DNA of 64,000 nt. Source: Gammaproteobacteria bacterium (GTDB taxonomy: Bacteria > Pseudomonadota > Gammaproteobacteria > Pseudomonadales > Pseudohongiellaceae). Position 1 is the stretch's first letter, and every line of letters starts with the position of its first letter. This document shows positions 23,924-33,360 of this stretch, piece by piece. The notes under the pieces are model-generated. The model worked only from the letters and a program-made list of their open reading frames with translations, did no database searches and was not told the origin of the DNA. Position numbers and translations under genes: made by a program. Where the stretch lies: assembly GCA_029246545.1 (NCBI GenBank), contig JAQWMX010000015.1, positions 3,652-67,651 of the forward strand, read 5' to 3'.

Positions 23924-26362
23924 ATGAACACCGAGGATAAACCAGTCACTAAAAACCAATTACCATTCTTGCCCTTACGTGGTGTTGTAGTATATCCACA
24001 AATAGTACATCCCCTTTTTGTTGCTCGAGATAAGTCGATTGCTGCCTTAAAAGCCGCCATGGACAGTGGTAAGCGAGTCATTTTAGCAGCACAAAAAAAG
24101 CATGCTGAAGATGATCCTGGTAAAGAAGATATCTATACTATTGGGACTGTTGCATCAGTTTTGCAGTTGATGCACGTTAATGATGGTACTGTAAAAGTGC
24201 TGGTTGAAGGAATCGAACGCGTAAAAATCAAACAATTACAGTTTAACGATGATTATTACACGGCTGAGATGAGTTCATTGAGCGGCAGTGTTATGGAAGA
24301 GAAAGACACAGACATATTAGTTCGGTCTCTACTTTCTCAATTTGATCAATATGTACAGTTAAGTAAGAAAATATCTCCAGAAGTGATGACATCTATAACC
24401 AGTATAGATGACCTTAGTCGTCTAGTTGATACCATTGCTACTCATATGTCCCTGCAATTAGAAGAAAAACAAAACATCCTCGAATTAGCAAAAATGAAGC
24501 CGCGTATCGAGCATCTAATGGCTCTGATTGAAGCTGAAATCGATGTTTTTCAAGTAGAAAAACGAATTCGTGGCAGGGTTAAGAAGCAAATGGAAAAAAG
24601 CCAACGTGAGTATTACCTCAATGAGCAAATGAAGGCTATCCAAAAGGAAATGGGAGAAATGGATGATGTCCCGAATGAGGCAGAGGAGTTGGCAAAAAAG
24701 ATAGATGAAGCTGGCATGTCTAAAGAAGCTAAAGATAAAGCTTCGGCTGAATTAAATAAACTTAAAATGATGTCTCCGATGTCTTCTGAAGCTTCAGTGG
24801 TTCGTACTTATCTTGACTGGATGATTAACATCCCTTGGAAAAAGAAAAGTAAAATCCGTGCAGATCTAAATAAAGCTGAGGAGATATTGGAAGCCGATCA
24901 TTATGGCTTAAAAGAAGTTAAAGAACGTATTCTTGAATATCTTGCTGTTCAAAAAAGAGTTAAGAAACTTAAAGGCCCTATACTTTGTCTAGTTGGACCA
25001 CCGGGTGTAGGTAAAACTTCATTGGGAGAATCTATAGCTCGGGCAACTGGACGAAAATTTCTTAGAATGGCTCTTGGTGGTGTGCGCGACGAGGCTGAAA
25101 TCCGTGGACATAGAAGAACTTATATTGGTTCTTTACCGGGTAAAGTCTTACAAAAAATGGCCAAAGTAGGTGTTAAAAACCCGCTAATATTACTAGATGA
25201 AGTGGATAAGATGGGTATGGATCATCGAGGTGACCCTGCATCTGCATTACTTGAAGTATTAGATCCTGAGCAAAATCATAGCTTTAACGATCATTATCTA
25301 GAAGTTGATTATGATCTAAGTGACGTAATGTTTATTTGTACTTCTAACTCAATGAATATTCCTGGTCCTTTATTAGACAGGATGGAAATTATTCGATTAC
25401 CTGGTTATACAGAAGAAGAGAAAATGAATATTGCCAGTCGCTATCTTGTGCCAAAACAACGCACTAACAACGGCTTGAAAGAAAAAGAAATAGATTTTCC
25501 AGACGAGTCTTTGCTGGATCTTATAAGGCACTATACTCGCGAAGCTGGTGTAAGGGGTTTAGAAAGAGAAATTGCCAAAGTCTGTAGAAAAGTCGTCAAA
25601 GAAAAAACAATGGATCCTAAAGATAAAACGGCTAAACCTAAAAAAGAGCAAACTGTTAAAGTTGAAACTAAGGTTCTTGAGCACTACGCCGGTGTACAAA
25701 AGTATGATTATGGTAGGGCTGATGAAGAAGATGTGATCGGCCAAGTTAACGGCCTTGCTTGGACACAAGTTGGCGGTGAATTATTGACGATCGAAGCCGT
25801 TTCTACTTCAGGGAAGGGTAAAACCACTATGACAGGTTCTCTAGGTGATGTTATGCAGGAGTCGATACAGGCAGCACTTACTGTAGTTAGAAGCAGGGCT
25901 AATGCGCTGGGAATTGAAGATAACTTTCATGAAAACAAAGACTTACATGTGCATGTTCCAGAAGGAGCAACGCCTAAAGACGGGCCTAGTGCTGGTATTG
26001 GCATGTGCACAGCAATTGTGTCTGTATTAACTGGTGCGCCAGTTCGAAAAGGTGTTGCCATGACTGGAGAGATTACTTTAAGAGGTCAAGTTCTTCCAAT
26101 TGGAGGCTTAAAAGAAAAGTTATTGGCGGCACATCGCGGCGATATTAGAACTGTAATTATTCCAAAAGAAAATGAAAGAGATTTAAAAGAAATTCCAGAT
26201 AATATTAAATCAGACTTAACGATTAAAGCAGTAAAATGGATAGATGAAGTTTTAGAAATCGCTCTACAATTTATTCCAGAACCTTTAATTGAAAAAAATT
26301 CTACAGAGTCAAAAGAGAACGAAAATAAAGATAAGGGCAAAAAACAAATAAATACTCATTAA
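23924..26362 (+). CDS. lon: Lon protease
   Basis: LON N-domain, Walker A GPPGVGKTS, protease-domain catalytic Ser in PKDGPSAGI, and Lys in GGLKEKLLAA. Confidence 0.97.
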   Translation: MNTEDKPVTKNQLPFLPLRGVVVYPQIVHPLFVARDKSIAALKAAMDSGKRVILAAQKKHAEDDPGKEDIYTIGTVASVLQLMHVNDGTVKVLVEGIERVKIKQLQFNDDYYTAEMSSLSGSVMEEKDTDILVRSLLSQFDQYVQLSKKISPEVMTSITSIDDLSRLVDTIATHMSLQLEEKQNILELAKMKPRIEHLMALIEAEIDVFQVEKRIRGRVKKQMEKSQREYYLNEQMKAIQKEMGEMDDVPNEAEELAKKIDEAGMSKEAKDKASAELNKLKMMSPMSSEASVVRTYLDWMINIPWKKKSKIRADLNKAEEILEADHYGLKEVKERILEYLAVQKRVKKLKGPILCLVGPPGVGKTSLGESIARATGRKFLRMALGGVRDEAEIRGHRRTYIGSLPGKVLQKMAKVGVKNPLILLDEVDKMGMDHRGDPASALLEVLDPEQNHSFNDHYLEVDYDLSDVMFICTSNSMNIPGPLLDRMEIIRLPGYTEEEKMNIASRYLVPKQRTNNGLKEKEIDFPDESLLDLIRHYTREAGVRGLEREIAKVCRKVVKEKTMDPKDKTAKPKKEQTVKVETKVLEHYAGVQKYDYGRADEEDVIGQVNGLAWTQVGGELLTIEAVSTSGKGKTTMTGSLGDVMQESIQAALTVVRSRANALGIEDNFHENKDLHVHVPEGATPKDGPSAGIGMCTAIVSVLTGAPVRKGVAMTGEITLRGQVLPIGGLKEKLLAAHRGDIRTVIIPKENERDLKEIPDNIKSDLTIKAVKWIDEVLEIALQFIPEPLIEKNSTESKENENKDKGKKQINTH

Positions 26363-26375
26363 TATAGCGTATTTC

Positions 26376-26405
26376 TTGACATTAACTTTCTACAGTTGGT
26401 ATAAA
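26376..26405 (+). promoter_or_regulatory. Candidate sigma70 promoter for hupB
   Basis: TTGACA (26376-26381), 18-nt spacer, then TGgTATAAA extended -10 (TATAAA at 26400-26405). Lies about 185 nt upstream of the hupB GTG. Pattern match only. Confidence 0.35.
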
Positions 26406-26587
26406 GTCTAGTAGGTTAAGTACGCTTTAGTAACTACTTAGCAAGTTGTTTCAAAAGTGAGTTTCTTAAGCTAGTAAATAAAGATTAAAATATTAATAAC
26501 AATAAATTTAGAATCGTAATTAGTAGTTGTATTCGTAGAAAAGATTTCCTATTAACTTTAATTTAAAACTAAAAGAAGGGTGATAAT

Positions 26588-26866
26588 GTGAATAAATCAG
26601 AACTAATAGATGCTGTAGCTGAAAGTGCCGATTTGCCAAAAGCCGCCGCCGCGCGAGCAATTGATGCAATGACTGAATCAATCTCCGGATCTTTGAAGAG
26701 TGGTGAATCCGTTGCTTTAGTAGGTTTTGGCTCTTTTAATGTAAAAGACCGTGCCGCTCGTACAGGGCGTAACCCACAAACTGGTGCTCCGATTCAAATC
26801 GCTGCTGCCAGAGTCCCTTCTTTTAAAGCAGGTAAAGCCTTAAAAGATATTGTAAATAATAGATAA
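26588..26866 (+). CDS. hupB: DNA-binding protein HU-beta
   Basis: [11 protein letters not shown]...[46 protein letters not shown], close to the E. coli HupB pattern. GTG start. Confidence 0.95.
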   Translation: MNKSELIDAVAESADLPKAAAARAIDAMTESISGSLKSGESVALVGFGSFNVKDRAARTGRNPQTGAPIQIAAARVPSFKAGKALKDIVNNR

Positions 26867-26907
26867 GACTGTTTTATAGAGTGTAAAAATTCTATAGTAA
26901 GAAAAAT

Positions 26908-26940
26908 AAGGGGCGCATCTTTGATGCGCCCCTTGCGTTT
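26908..26940 (+). terminator. Rho-independent terminator of hupB
   Basis: 12-bp perfect GC-rich stem AAGGGGCGCATC / GATGCGCCCCTT with a TTT loop, followed by GCGTTT. Confidence 0.8.
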
Positions 26941-26981
26941 ATAAGAACAAGTATTAATTTGTTTAAGAGAAAGATTCCCTC

Positions 26982-28859
26982 ATGCTGCAAAATATTCGAA
27001 ATAACTCTCAAGGCTTGTTAGCTAAAATATTTGTTGGATTTATTGTTTTTGTATTTGCAATATTTGGCTTAGATAGCATTGTTGGCACGATTGGTAATAC
27101 AAATTCGACTGTTTCTGTTAATGGAGTGGCAATAGATGAGCTTGCAATAGAAAGTGAAGCTCAACGAATTACGCAAGAATTATTGTCTTCATTGGGCGCT
27201 CAGATCGACCTATCAACTATCGATACTACACAATTTAGAGAGCAGGCTATTAACAATTTAGTAGAACGTGAACTTTTAATTCAAACAGCCTTTGAAAATG
27301 GAATGCTTATTTCTGCCGCTACTCTTGATAGGGAAATAGCACAAACAACCGATTTCCAGGTCGATGGAGTTTTTAGTAATGAAAGAGCACAGGCTTTGCT
27401 AGCAAGTTTTGGATATACACCGGCTACATATAGGGCTTCTTTGCAACAACAGGGTTTGTTAAATCAAATGTTTACTGTTTATTCAGTTTCCAGTTTTGCC
27501 ACGCCAAATGAATTAGAAAATTTAGCAAGAATAAATGAAGAAAAACGTAATTTCCGCTATATCAGAGTTGATGCTAATAATTTATCTGTAACTCAAGTTG
27601 TTAGTGATGATGAGATTTCTCAATACTATGACGCTAACTCAGCACTGTTTATGCAAGGGGAACGTGTTTCACTTGAATATCTTGAGCTAAATAAGAATGA
27701 TTTACTTGCTGAAATAGAAGTTACCGATGATCAAATTCAAGCACAGTACGATATTGAACTAAGCACACTCCAAGCTCAGACAGAAAGGCGGGCTTCGCAT
27801 ATTCTGTTGCAAGCTGCAGCAAACGAAGTTGAAGAAGTGATAGGCCAAGCGGAGCTTATTAAGTCTAGAATCGATGCTGGGGAAAGTTTTGAAGATCTTG
27901 CCGCCGAATTTTCAGTTGATAACGGGTCTGCACAATATGGTGGAGATGTTGGTTATACCACTGGTGAAACTTTTGCAGAAGAATTTGAATCAGCTTTAGA
28001 GGGGCTGGAACTTGATGAAGTATCTGGCCCTATAAGAACTCAATTTGGGATTCATTTAATTAAACTGACTGAAATAACTGAAGATGAAGCACCAAGCATT
28101 GAGGAAAGTCGGGATAGAATCCAAAGAGAGTTGCAAGACCAGGCGGTTGAAGATATTTATATTGCTAAAGCGGAAGAACTCAATAATTTAAGCTTTGAAT
28201 CCATAGATCTACAAGAACCTGCAGATATTTTAGATTTAACTATCCAAACAACAGATCTATTCGATAACGCGGGTGGTCTTGGTATTGCCGCTGAATCTGG
28301 AGTTATTAGTGCCGCTTTTAGTTCCGATGTACAAGAAGGCCTAAATAGCGAATTGATAGCGCTTGATGATTCTCGCAGTGTCGTCATTAGGATGCTGGAG
28401 CTTCGAGAGCCAGAGTTAAGAAGTATGATAGAAGCCAGTGCCGAAGTTGAAAGCACCCTTAGAATGCAAAAAGCTGAAGAGCAGGCGCTTTCATTAGGGG
28501 AGACCTTCCTAAGCAATCTAAATAATGACCAGAATATAGATAATTTACTAGCTGTTCAGGGCCTTGAATGGAGTGGAGGTCAAAACTTAAGCCGAACAAG
28601 TTCTGGGCTAGATCCTGAAATTTTACAAATGATCTTTGATATTTCTAAACCTGATGAGAGTTCAGTTCTTCTAGGTCAACAATTAGCCTCTGGAGATTAT
28701 GTTATTGCAGAATTGTTAGAAGTAATCCCTGGGGATTTAGACGAAATGTCAGAAGACAACCAGCTAGCATTGCAATCTTATCTTATGCAGCTAGGAGCAA
28801 CGTCTGACTTTAGCGCCTATATGAGTGGCGTTCACACCAAGGCTGATATAGAACGCTAG
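26982..28859 (+). CDS. ppiD: Periplasmic chaperone / peptidyl-prolyl isomerase PpiD
   Basis: N-terminal membrane anchor (LAKIFVGFIVFVFAIFGL), SurA-like N-domain, parvulin domain (RRASHILL...GGDVGYT...GPIRTQFGIHLIKL). Position after hupB. Confidence 0.87.
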   Translation: MLQNIRNNSQGLLAKIFVGFIVFVFAIFGLDSIVGTIGNTNSTVSVNGVAIDELAIESEAQRITQELLSSLGAQIDLSTIDTTQFREQAINNLVERELLIQTAFENGMLISAATLDREIAQTTDFQVDGVFSNERAQALLASFGYTPATYRASLQQQGLLNQMFTVYSVSSFATPNELENLARINEEKRNFRYIRVDANNLSVTQVVSDDEISQYYDANSALFMQGERVSLEYLELNKNDLLAEIEVTDDQIQAQYDIELSTLQAQTERRASHILLQAAANEVEEVIGQAELIKSRIDAGESFEDLAAEFSVDNGSAQYGGDVGYTTGETFAEEFESALEGLELDEVSGPIRTQFGIHLIKLTEITEDEAPSIEESRDRIQRELQDQAVEDIYIAKAEELNNLSFESIDLQEPADILDLTIQTTDLFDNAGGLGIAAESGVISAAFSSDVQEGLNSELIALDDSRSVVIRMLELREPELRSMIEASAEVESTLRMQKAEEQALSLGETFLSNLNNDQNIDNLLAVQGLEWSGGQNLSRTSSGLDPEILQMIFDISKPDESSVLLGQQLASGDYVIAELLEVIPGDLDEMSEDNQLALQSYLMQLGATSDFSAYMSGVHTKADIER

Positions 28860-28923
28860 CCCCTGAAAAGCTGAAATAATGGGCTTAGCGCTGTAATTCA
28901 TGAAAGTCGTTATTAGGTGTTGG

Positions 28924-29688
28924 CTAAAACCGATCCTTCCATTCCCTTATCGCAGCAAAAACTTCAACAGGTTGTTGCGCATGTTCCAAAAATTTCTCTG
29001 AAATTGATTCTTCTGAGCATCTTAAAAATGGATTAGTTAATAGCTCTACTCCTATATTGCTAGGAACAGTCGGAATGTCTTTGGCGCGCTTTTCTTCTTC
29101 ACGTTGAATGCGTTCTTGTAACACTGAATCTTCAGGACTAACCGCCTGTGCAAAGGCTAGATTTGCCAAAGTATATTCATGTGCGCAATAAAACTGAGTA
29201 TTCGGCTCTAGCGCCGCTAATTTCTGTAATGAGTTATACATCATTACTGGCGTTCCTTCAAAAATACGGCCACAGCCACCAGCGAACAAAGTGTCTCCAC
29301 AAAAAAGCACTGGATTAGATGCCGTTTCTGCATAATACGCAATATGATCCAGTGTATGTCCTGGGATTTCTAGAACTTTAAAAGAAGTGTTGCATGCATC
29401 AATTACATCTCCTTCGTGTAAAGTATTCGTCACCATAGGAATTGATGAAGATTCAGGGCCATAGACAGGCACATGAAAATGACTGAGTAATTGATTAACA
29501 CCGCCTATATGGTCTGAATGGTGGTGTGTTAGCAATATGGCAGACAAGGTTAACTGATTATTCTCTAGATAATTTAATACAGGAGCGGCGTCTCCAGGAT
29601 CGACAATGCATGCTTGGCTTGAGCCTTCTTGCTTGAATATCCAAAAATAATTATCAGAAAATGCTTTGATAGGGTGTATTTCTAACAT
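28924..29688 (-). CDS. gloB: Hydroxyacylglutathione hydrolase (glyoxalase II)
   Basis: Metallo-beta-lactamase motif THHHSDHIGG, GHTLDHIAY, and C-terminal NPFLR. gloB-methyltransferase-rnhA-dnaQ neighbourhood. Confidence 0.9.
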   Translation of the reverse strand: MLEIHPIKAFSDNYFWIFKQEGSSQACIVDPGDAAPVLNYLENNQLTLSAILLTHHHSDHIGGVNQLLSHFHVPVYGPESSSIPMVTNTLHEGDVIDACNTSFKVLEIPGHTLDHIAYYAETASNPVLFCGDTLFAGGCGRIFEGTPVMMYNSLQKLAALEPNTQFYCAHEYTLANLAFAQAVSPEDSVLQERIQREEEKRAKDIPTVPSNIGVELLTNPFLRCSEESISEKFLEHAQQPVEVFAAIREWKDRF

Positions 29689-29739
29689 AGTGCGAGTATT
29701 TCATTTTAGGCCAATTTATTAATAGGGTATCATGCCTAC

Positions 29740-30537
29740 ATGAGTAACAAAAAAAACTATGACAGCCAAAGTTTTACTGAAATGACTGAGTGGTTGCAGA
29801 CTCCCCTAGGTCAGAATCTTCTAGGCATTGAAATGTCATTGTTAGAGAACATGATGAACCGTCGATTCGGCTATCATCTATTGCAATTAAGCTGTGCCGA
29901 TATGACAGTCTATGACGATAGCCCGATTGGACATAAGTTTTGTATAGCTCCTTCGACAAAAGTTAAAAATGGCAGCTTAGTTGCACAAGCCGAAGCTATT
30001 CCTTTAGCAGCAGAATCTGTCGATATGGTAGTTCTACATCATGCTTTAGATTATTCAAAAGACCCTCACCAATTATTACGAGAAGCTGATCGTGTATTAA
30101 TTGCTGGAGGGCATCTGTTAATTATAGGTTTTAATCCTTTCAGTACCTGGGGTGCCCGGCATAAGTTGGCTAGGAGGTTCGATAAAAGCCCTTGGAAATC
30201 TAATTTACTATCTAATAAGCGACTTAACGACTGGTTAAAACTTTTAGATTTTAAAATAGAGCAGATGCATTACGGTCTTTATTCCTTGCCTTTTAATAGC
30301 CCTGGATTAATCCGCTATTCATCATTTATGGGTAAGCTGGCGCAACGTTTAAATTGGCCAACAGGTGGAATTTATGTCATTTCTGCTAAAAAACAAGCCT
30401 TTCCAATGACGCCAATACGCGAACCTTGGAAAGCTATCCCTATCCCCCGCAGAGCTAAAGGCTTAGCTCTAGGTGATAATGTCAGTATCGCACTCACCCA
30501 TCCGCACAAAAAACTCTGCATTAACGAAGCGTATTAG
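29740..30537 (+). CDS. Class I SAM-dependent methyltransferase (YafS-like)
   Basis: VDMVVLHHALDYSKDPHQLLREADRVLIAGGHLLIIGFNP is a typical methyltransferase type-11 motif. Occupies the position held by yafS between gloB and rnhA. Confidence 0.7.
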   Translation: MSNKKNYDSQSFTEMTEWLQTPLGQNLLGIEMSLLENMMNRRFGYHLLQLSCADMTVYDDSPIGHKFCIAPSTKVKNGSLVAQAEAIPLAAESVDMVVLHHALDYSKDPHQLLREADRVLIAGGHLLIIGFNPFSTWGARHKLARRFDKSPWKSNLLSNKRLNDWLKLLDFKIEQMHYGLYSLPFNSPGLIRYSSFMGKLAQRLNWPTGGIYVISAKKQAFPMTPIREPWKAIPIPRRAKGLALGDNVSIALTHPHKKLCINEAY

Positions 30538-30550
30538 GATTAATTGAGTT

Positions 30551-30985
30551 ATGAGTAAGGTAATCACGATTTATACTGATGGTGCGTGTCGGGGTAACCC
30601 TGGGCCAGGAGGTTGGGGGGCATTGTTAGAATATGGTGACAAGCAGCGTACTTTACATGGTGGAGAAGATCCGAGTACCAATAACAGAATGGAATTAACC
30701 GCGGTCATTAAGGCTTTGGAAGTCCTAAAGTCGAAATGCCAAATTGAACTCTATACAGATTCAAAATATGTCTTAAAAGGCATCACAGAATGGTTACCAA
30801 ATTGGAAAAAAAGAAACTGGTTAACAGCAAGTAAAAAGCCAGTGCAAAATGTCGACCTTTGGAAAGAATTGGACGCATTAGTGCCGGAACATGAGATAAA
30901 CTGGCATTGGGTAAAAGGGCATAGTGGTGATCGCGGCAATGAAATGGCCGATCAGTTGGCAAACAAAGGAATAGACGAGCGTTGA
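30551..30985 (+). CDS. rnhA: Ribonuclease HI
   Basis: [17 protein letters not shown]...NNRMEL...TDSKYV...[18 protein letters not shown], with the DEDD catalytic residues present. Confidence 0.95.
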   Translation: MSKVITIYTDGACRGNPGPGGWGALLEYGDKQRTLHGGEDPSTNNRMELTAVIKALEVLKSKCQIELYTDSKYVLKGITEWLPNWKKRNWLTASKKPVQNVDLWKELDALVPEHEINWHWVKGHSGDRGNEMADQLANKGIDER

Positions 30986-31695
30986 GACAAATCGTACTTG
31001 ATACTGAAACTACAGGCTTGGAACCAAGTCAGGGGCATCGTATTATTGAAATCGGTTGCGTTGAGCTGATTAATCGACGCCTGACTGGAAATAATTTACA
31101 TATTTATATCAATCCTCAGCGAGAAATAGATGCCGGTGCCTTAGAAGTACATGGTATTAGTAATGACTTCCTTGCAGATAAACCTCTATTCAATGATATT
31201 GCCGATACCTTTATAGATTTTGTCCAAGGTGCGGAATTAATTATCCATAATGCTCCATTTGATATTGGCTTTCTTAATTCTGAACTTTCATATTTGAATC
31301 ATGGCTATAAGGTAATGAATGAATATTGTGAAGTATTAGATACGCTTGCGATGGCACGCAAGAAACATCCTGAGCAAAAAAACAATTTGGATGCGCTTTG
31401 TAAGCGATATTTTGTAGATAACACCCAAAGAGAGCTGCATGGAGCCTTGCTAGATGCTGAAATCTTAGCCGATGTTTATTTGATCATGACTGGTGGTCAA
31501 TCAAGTTTTGCTTTAGGTCATGATAATGATGTAGAAGGTACAGCTGGCAATAAAATTAAGAGGCTGGATGAAAATAGAGCGCCACTCAAAGTAATTTCAG
31601 CTACTAAAGAAGAGGAAGCTGCACATAGAACAAGATTAGAAAGTATTCAAAAAAGTTCAGAAACACAATTATGGCAACTACGAGATGAAAACTAG
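30982..31695 (+). CDS. dnaQ: DNA polymerase III epsilon subunit (proofreading exonuclease)
   Basis: Exo I VLDTETTG, Exo [13 protein letters not shown], Exo [20 protein letters not shown] start overlapping the rnhA stop (TTGA). Confidence 0.93.
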   Translation: MRQIVLDTETTGLEPSQGHRIIEIGCVELINRRLTGNNLHIYINPQREIDAGALEVHGISNDFLADKPLFNDIADTFIDFVQGAELIIHNAPFDIGFLNSELSYLNHGYKVMNEYCEVLDTLAMARKKHPEQKNNLDALCKRYFVDNTQRELHGALLDAEILADVYLIMTGGQSSFALGHDNDVEGTAGNKIKRLDENRAPLKVISATKEEEAAHRTRLESIQKSSETQLWQLRDEN

Positions 31696-31771
31696 AGTGA
31701 TAGCTGAGTTGATAGTTAGTAGTGCTGTAAAAATCTATAATTTTTCTTATTTAATAATATTGAGGTAGCTT

Positions 31772-32815
31772 GTGGAATTTATCGCAGAATATGGCATGTT
31801 TCTCGCCAAGACATTAACTTTTACTGTCGCTGTAATACTTGTAATCGTGGCAGCAGTCGGCAGCGCTGCAAAAAGTAAAAAGGAACCAAAGGGTGCTATT
31901 TCAATTACTCATCTCAATAAAGAGATTGATGATTTAAGTGATGAAATAAAACAGGTAATTGAAGAAGAAGAAAGTCTAAAGAAAGCTCAAAAAGAAAGTA
32001 AAAAAGCTGACAAGAAGAAACAAAAAGAAAAGAAAAAAAATAAAATTGAGGATGAGAAGAAGCGCTATTATGTTTTTGACTTTAATGGTGATGCTCGAGC
32101 ATCTCAAGTTGAAGATATGCGTAAAGTAATAACTGCCGTGCTCAGCATAATTAGACCCGATAAAGACGAAATGATATTGCGTTTAGAAAGTCCTGGCGGC
32201 ATGGTGCATGGATACGGCCTCGCTGCTTCTCAACTAGCAAGAATCAGAAGTTTAAATATTCCCTTAACTATTTGTGTGGATAAAGTAGCGGCCAGTGGCG
32301 GTTACATGATGGCTTGTTTAGGTAGCAAAATTATTGCTGCGCCTTTTGCTTACATAGGGTCAATTGGTGTGTTGATGCAACTACCTAACTTTAATCGTTT
32401 GCTAAAAGAAAACAATGTAGATTATGAAGTGATCACAGCAGGCGAATATAAGCGCACTCTTACTGTATTTGGCGAAAATACCGAAAAAGGAAGAGCCAAA
32501 GTTACTGAGGAAATTCAAGAAACACATGATTTATTTAAAGAGTTTGTTAAAGAGAATCGTCCAGTTTTAGACATTGATAAAGTTGCAACTGGAGAAACCT
32601 GGTTTGGTAAAAAAGCATTAGAACAGAAATTGGTCGATGAAATAAAAACTAGCGATGAATGTATAGTTGATGCTTGTAAAGAAGCCGACGTTTATTTAGT
32701 CGCTTATGAGAAAAAACCTACGCTAGTTGATCGCTTTGGCAAAGTATTGGAAAGTGCGGTAGATAATAGTTTGTTGAAATGGCTGAATAAATCGCCACGC
32801 GATCATATTGCTTAA
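31772..32815 (+). CDS. sohB: Inner-membrane peptidase SohB (S49 family)
   Basis: N-terminal TM segment, Lys/Glu-rich linker, S49 catalytic region (VDKVAASGGYMMAC) and 347-aa size as in E. coli SohB. Confidence 0.85.
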   Translation: MEFIAEYGMFLAKTLTFTVAVILVIVAAVGSAAKSKKEPKGAISITHLNKEIDDLSDEIKQVIEEEESLKKAQKESKKADKKKQKEKKKNKIEDEKKRYYVFDFNGDARASQVEDMRKVITAVLSIIRPDKDEMILRLESPGGMVHGYGLAASQLARIRSLNIPLTICVDKVAASGGYMMACLGSKIIAAPFAYIGSIGVLMQLPNFNRLLKENNVDYEVITAGEYKRTLTVFGENTEKGRAKVTEEIQETHDLFKEFVKENRPVLDIDKVATGETWFGKKALEQKLVDEIKTSDECIVDACKEADVYLVAYEKKPTLVDRFGKVLESAVDNSLLKWLNKSPRDHIA

Positions 32816-32856
32816 GTTAATTTTAAATGATCCAACTTATTAATTACCGCTACTTA

Positions 32857-33360
32857 TTAACTGCGTCTGCGGAAAATAGGCGCAGGTTTGGTTACAGTAC
32901 TTTGATAGTTTTCAGAAAAATCTTCAAAGCCTGTGAGTAATACTTCGGCATTGCTATTTTCTGGTACGAGAAAACTACTAAAGCCGCAACTCAACATATA
33001 AGATGCCTGGTCTTTTTGAACGTCACCTATGGCTCTCATATCGCCTGTATAGTTTAGTTGTTGGCGCAAAATTGCAGCATAAGAAAATGCTCTGCCATCA
33101 CGAAACACTGGGAAATTTAAAGCTATAACTGGAAAGCTGTTTGCATCCTCTTCTAGTAGTGTTGGACTTTCATCGCTATCAAACCAAATACCAATGTTAT
33201 CTTTATGCTGGCTTAGTACTTCTTTATTTTCCAGCCAAACTGTAATTGGTACTAACAGTTTGTTATCGCTGCTGGGTTTGATTTCTTCCAAGCTGGTTTC
33301 TTTTTCGATTAAACGCCAACTATCATCAATAAGAGCACCGTCTTTAATCAGCTTCGGCAT
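32857..33360 (-). CDS. DUF934-family protein, conserved partner of CysI-type sulfite reductase
   Basis: 167 aa. FPVFRDGRAFSYAAILR motif. 17-nt overlap with the upstream sulfite reductase gene, the same pairing as in Pseudomonas cysI loci as I recall them. Confidence 0.7.
   Translation of the reverse strand: MPKLIKDGALIDDSWRLIEKETSLEEIKPSSDNKLLVPITVWLENKEVLSQHKDNIGIWFDSDESPTLLEEDANSFPVIALNFPVFRDGRAFSYAAILRQQLNYTGDMRAIGDVQKDQASYMLSCGFSSFLVPENSNAEVLLTGFEDFSENYQSTVTKPAPIFRRRS

Noticed and set aside
30551-31695. rnhA and dnaQ are co-directional and overlap (TTGA), unlike the divergent arrangement in E. coli.
   Set aside because: As I recall, the co-directional gloB-methyltransferase-rnhA-dnaQ layout is the normal one in Pseudomonas-like genomes, so it is not unusual.
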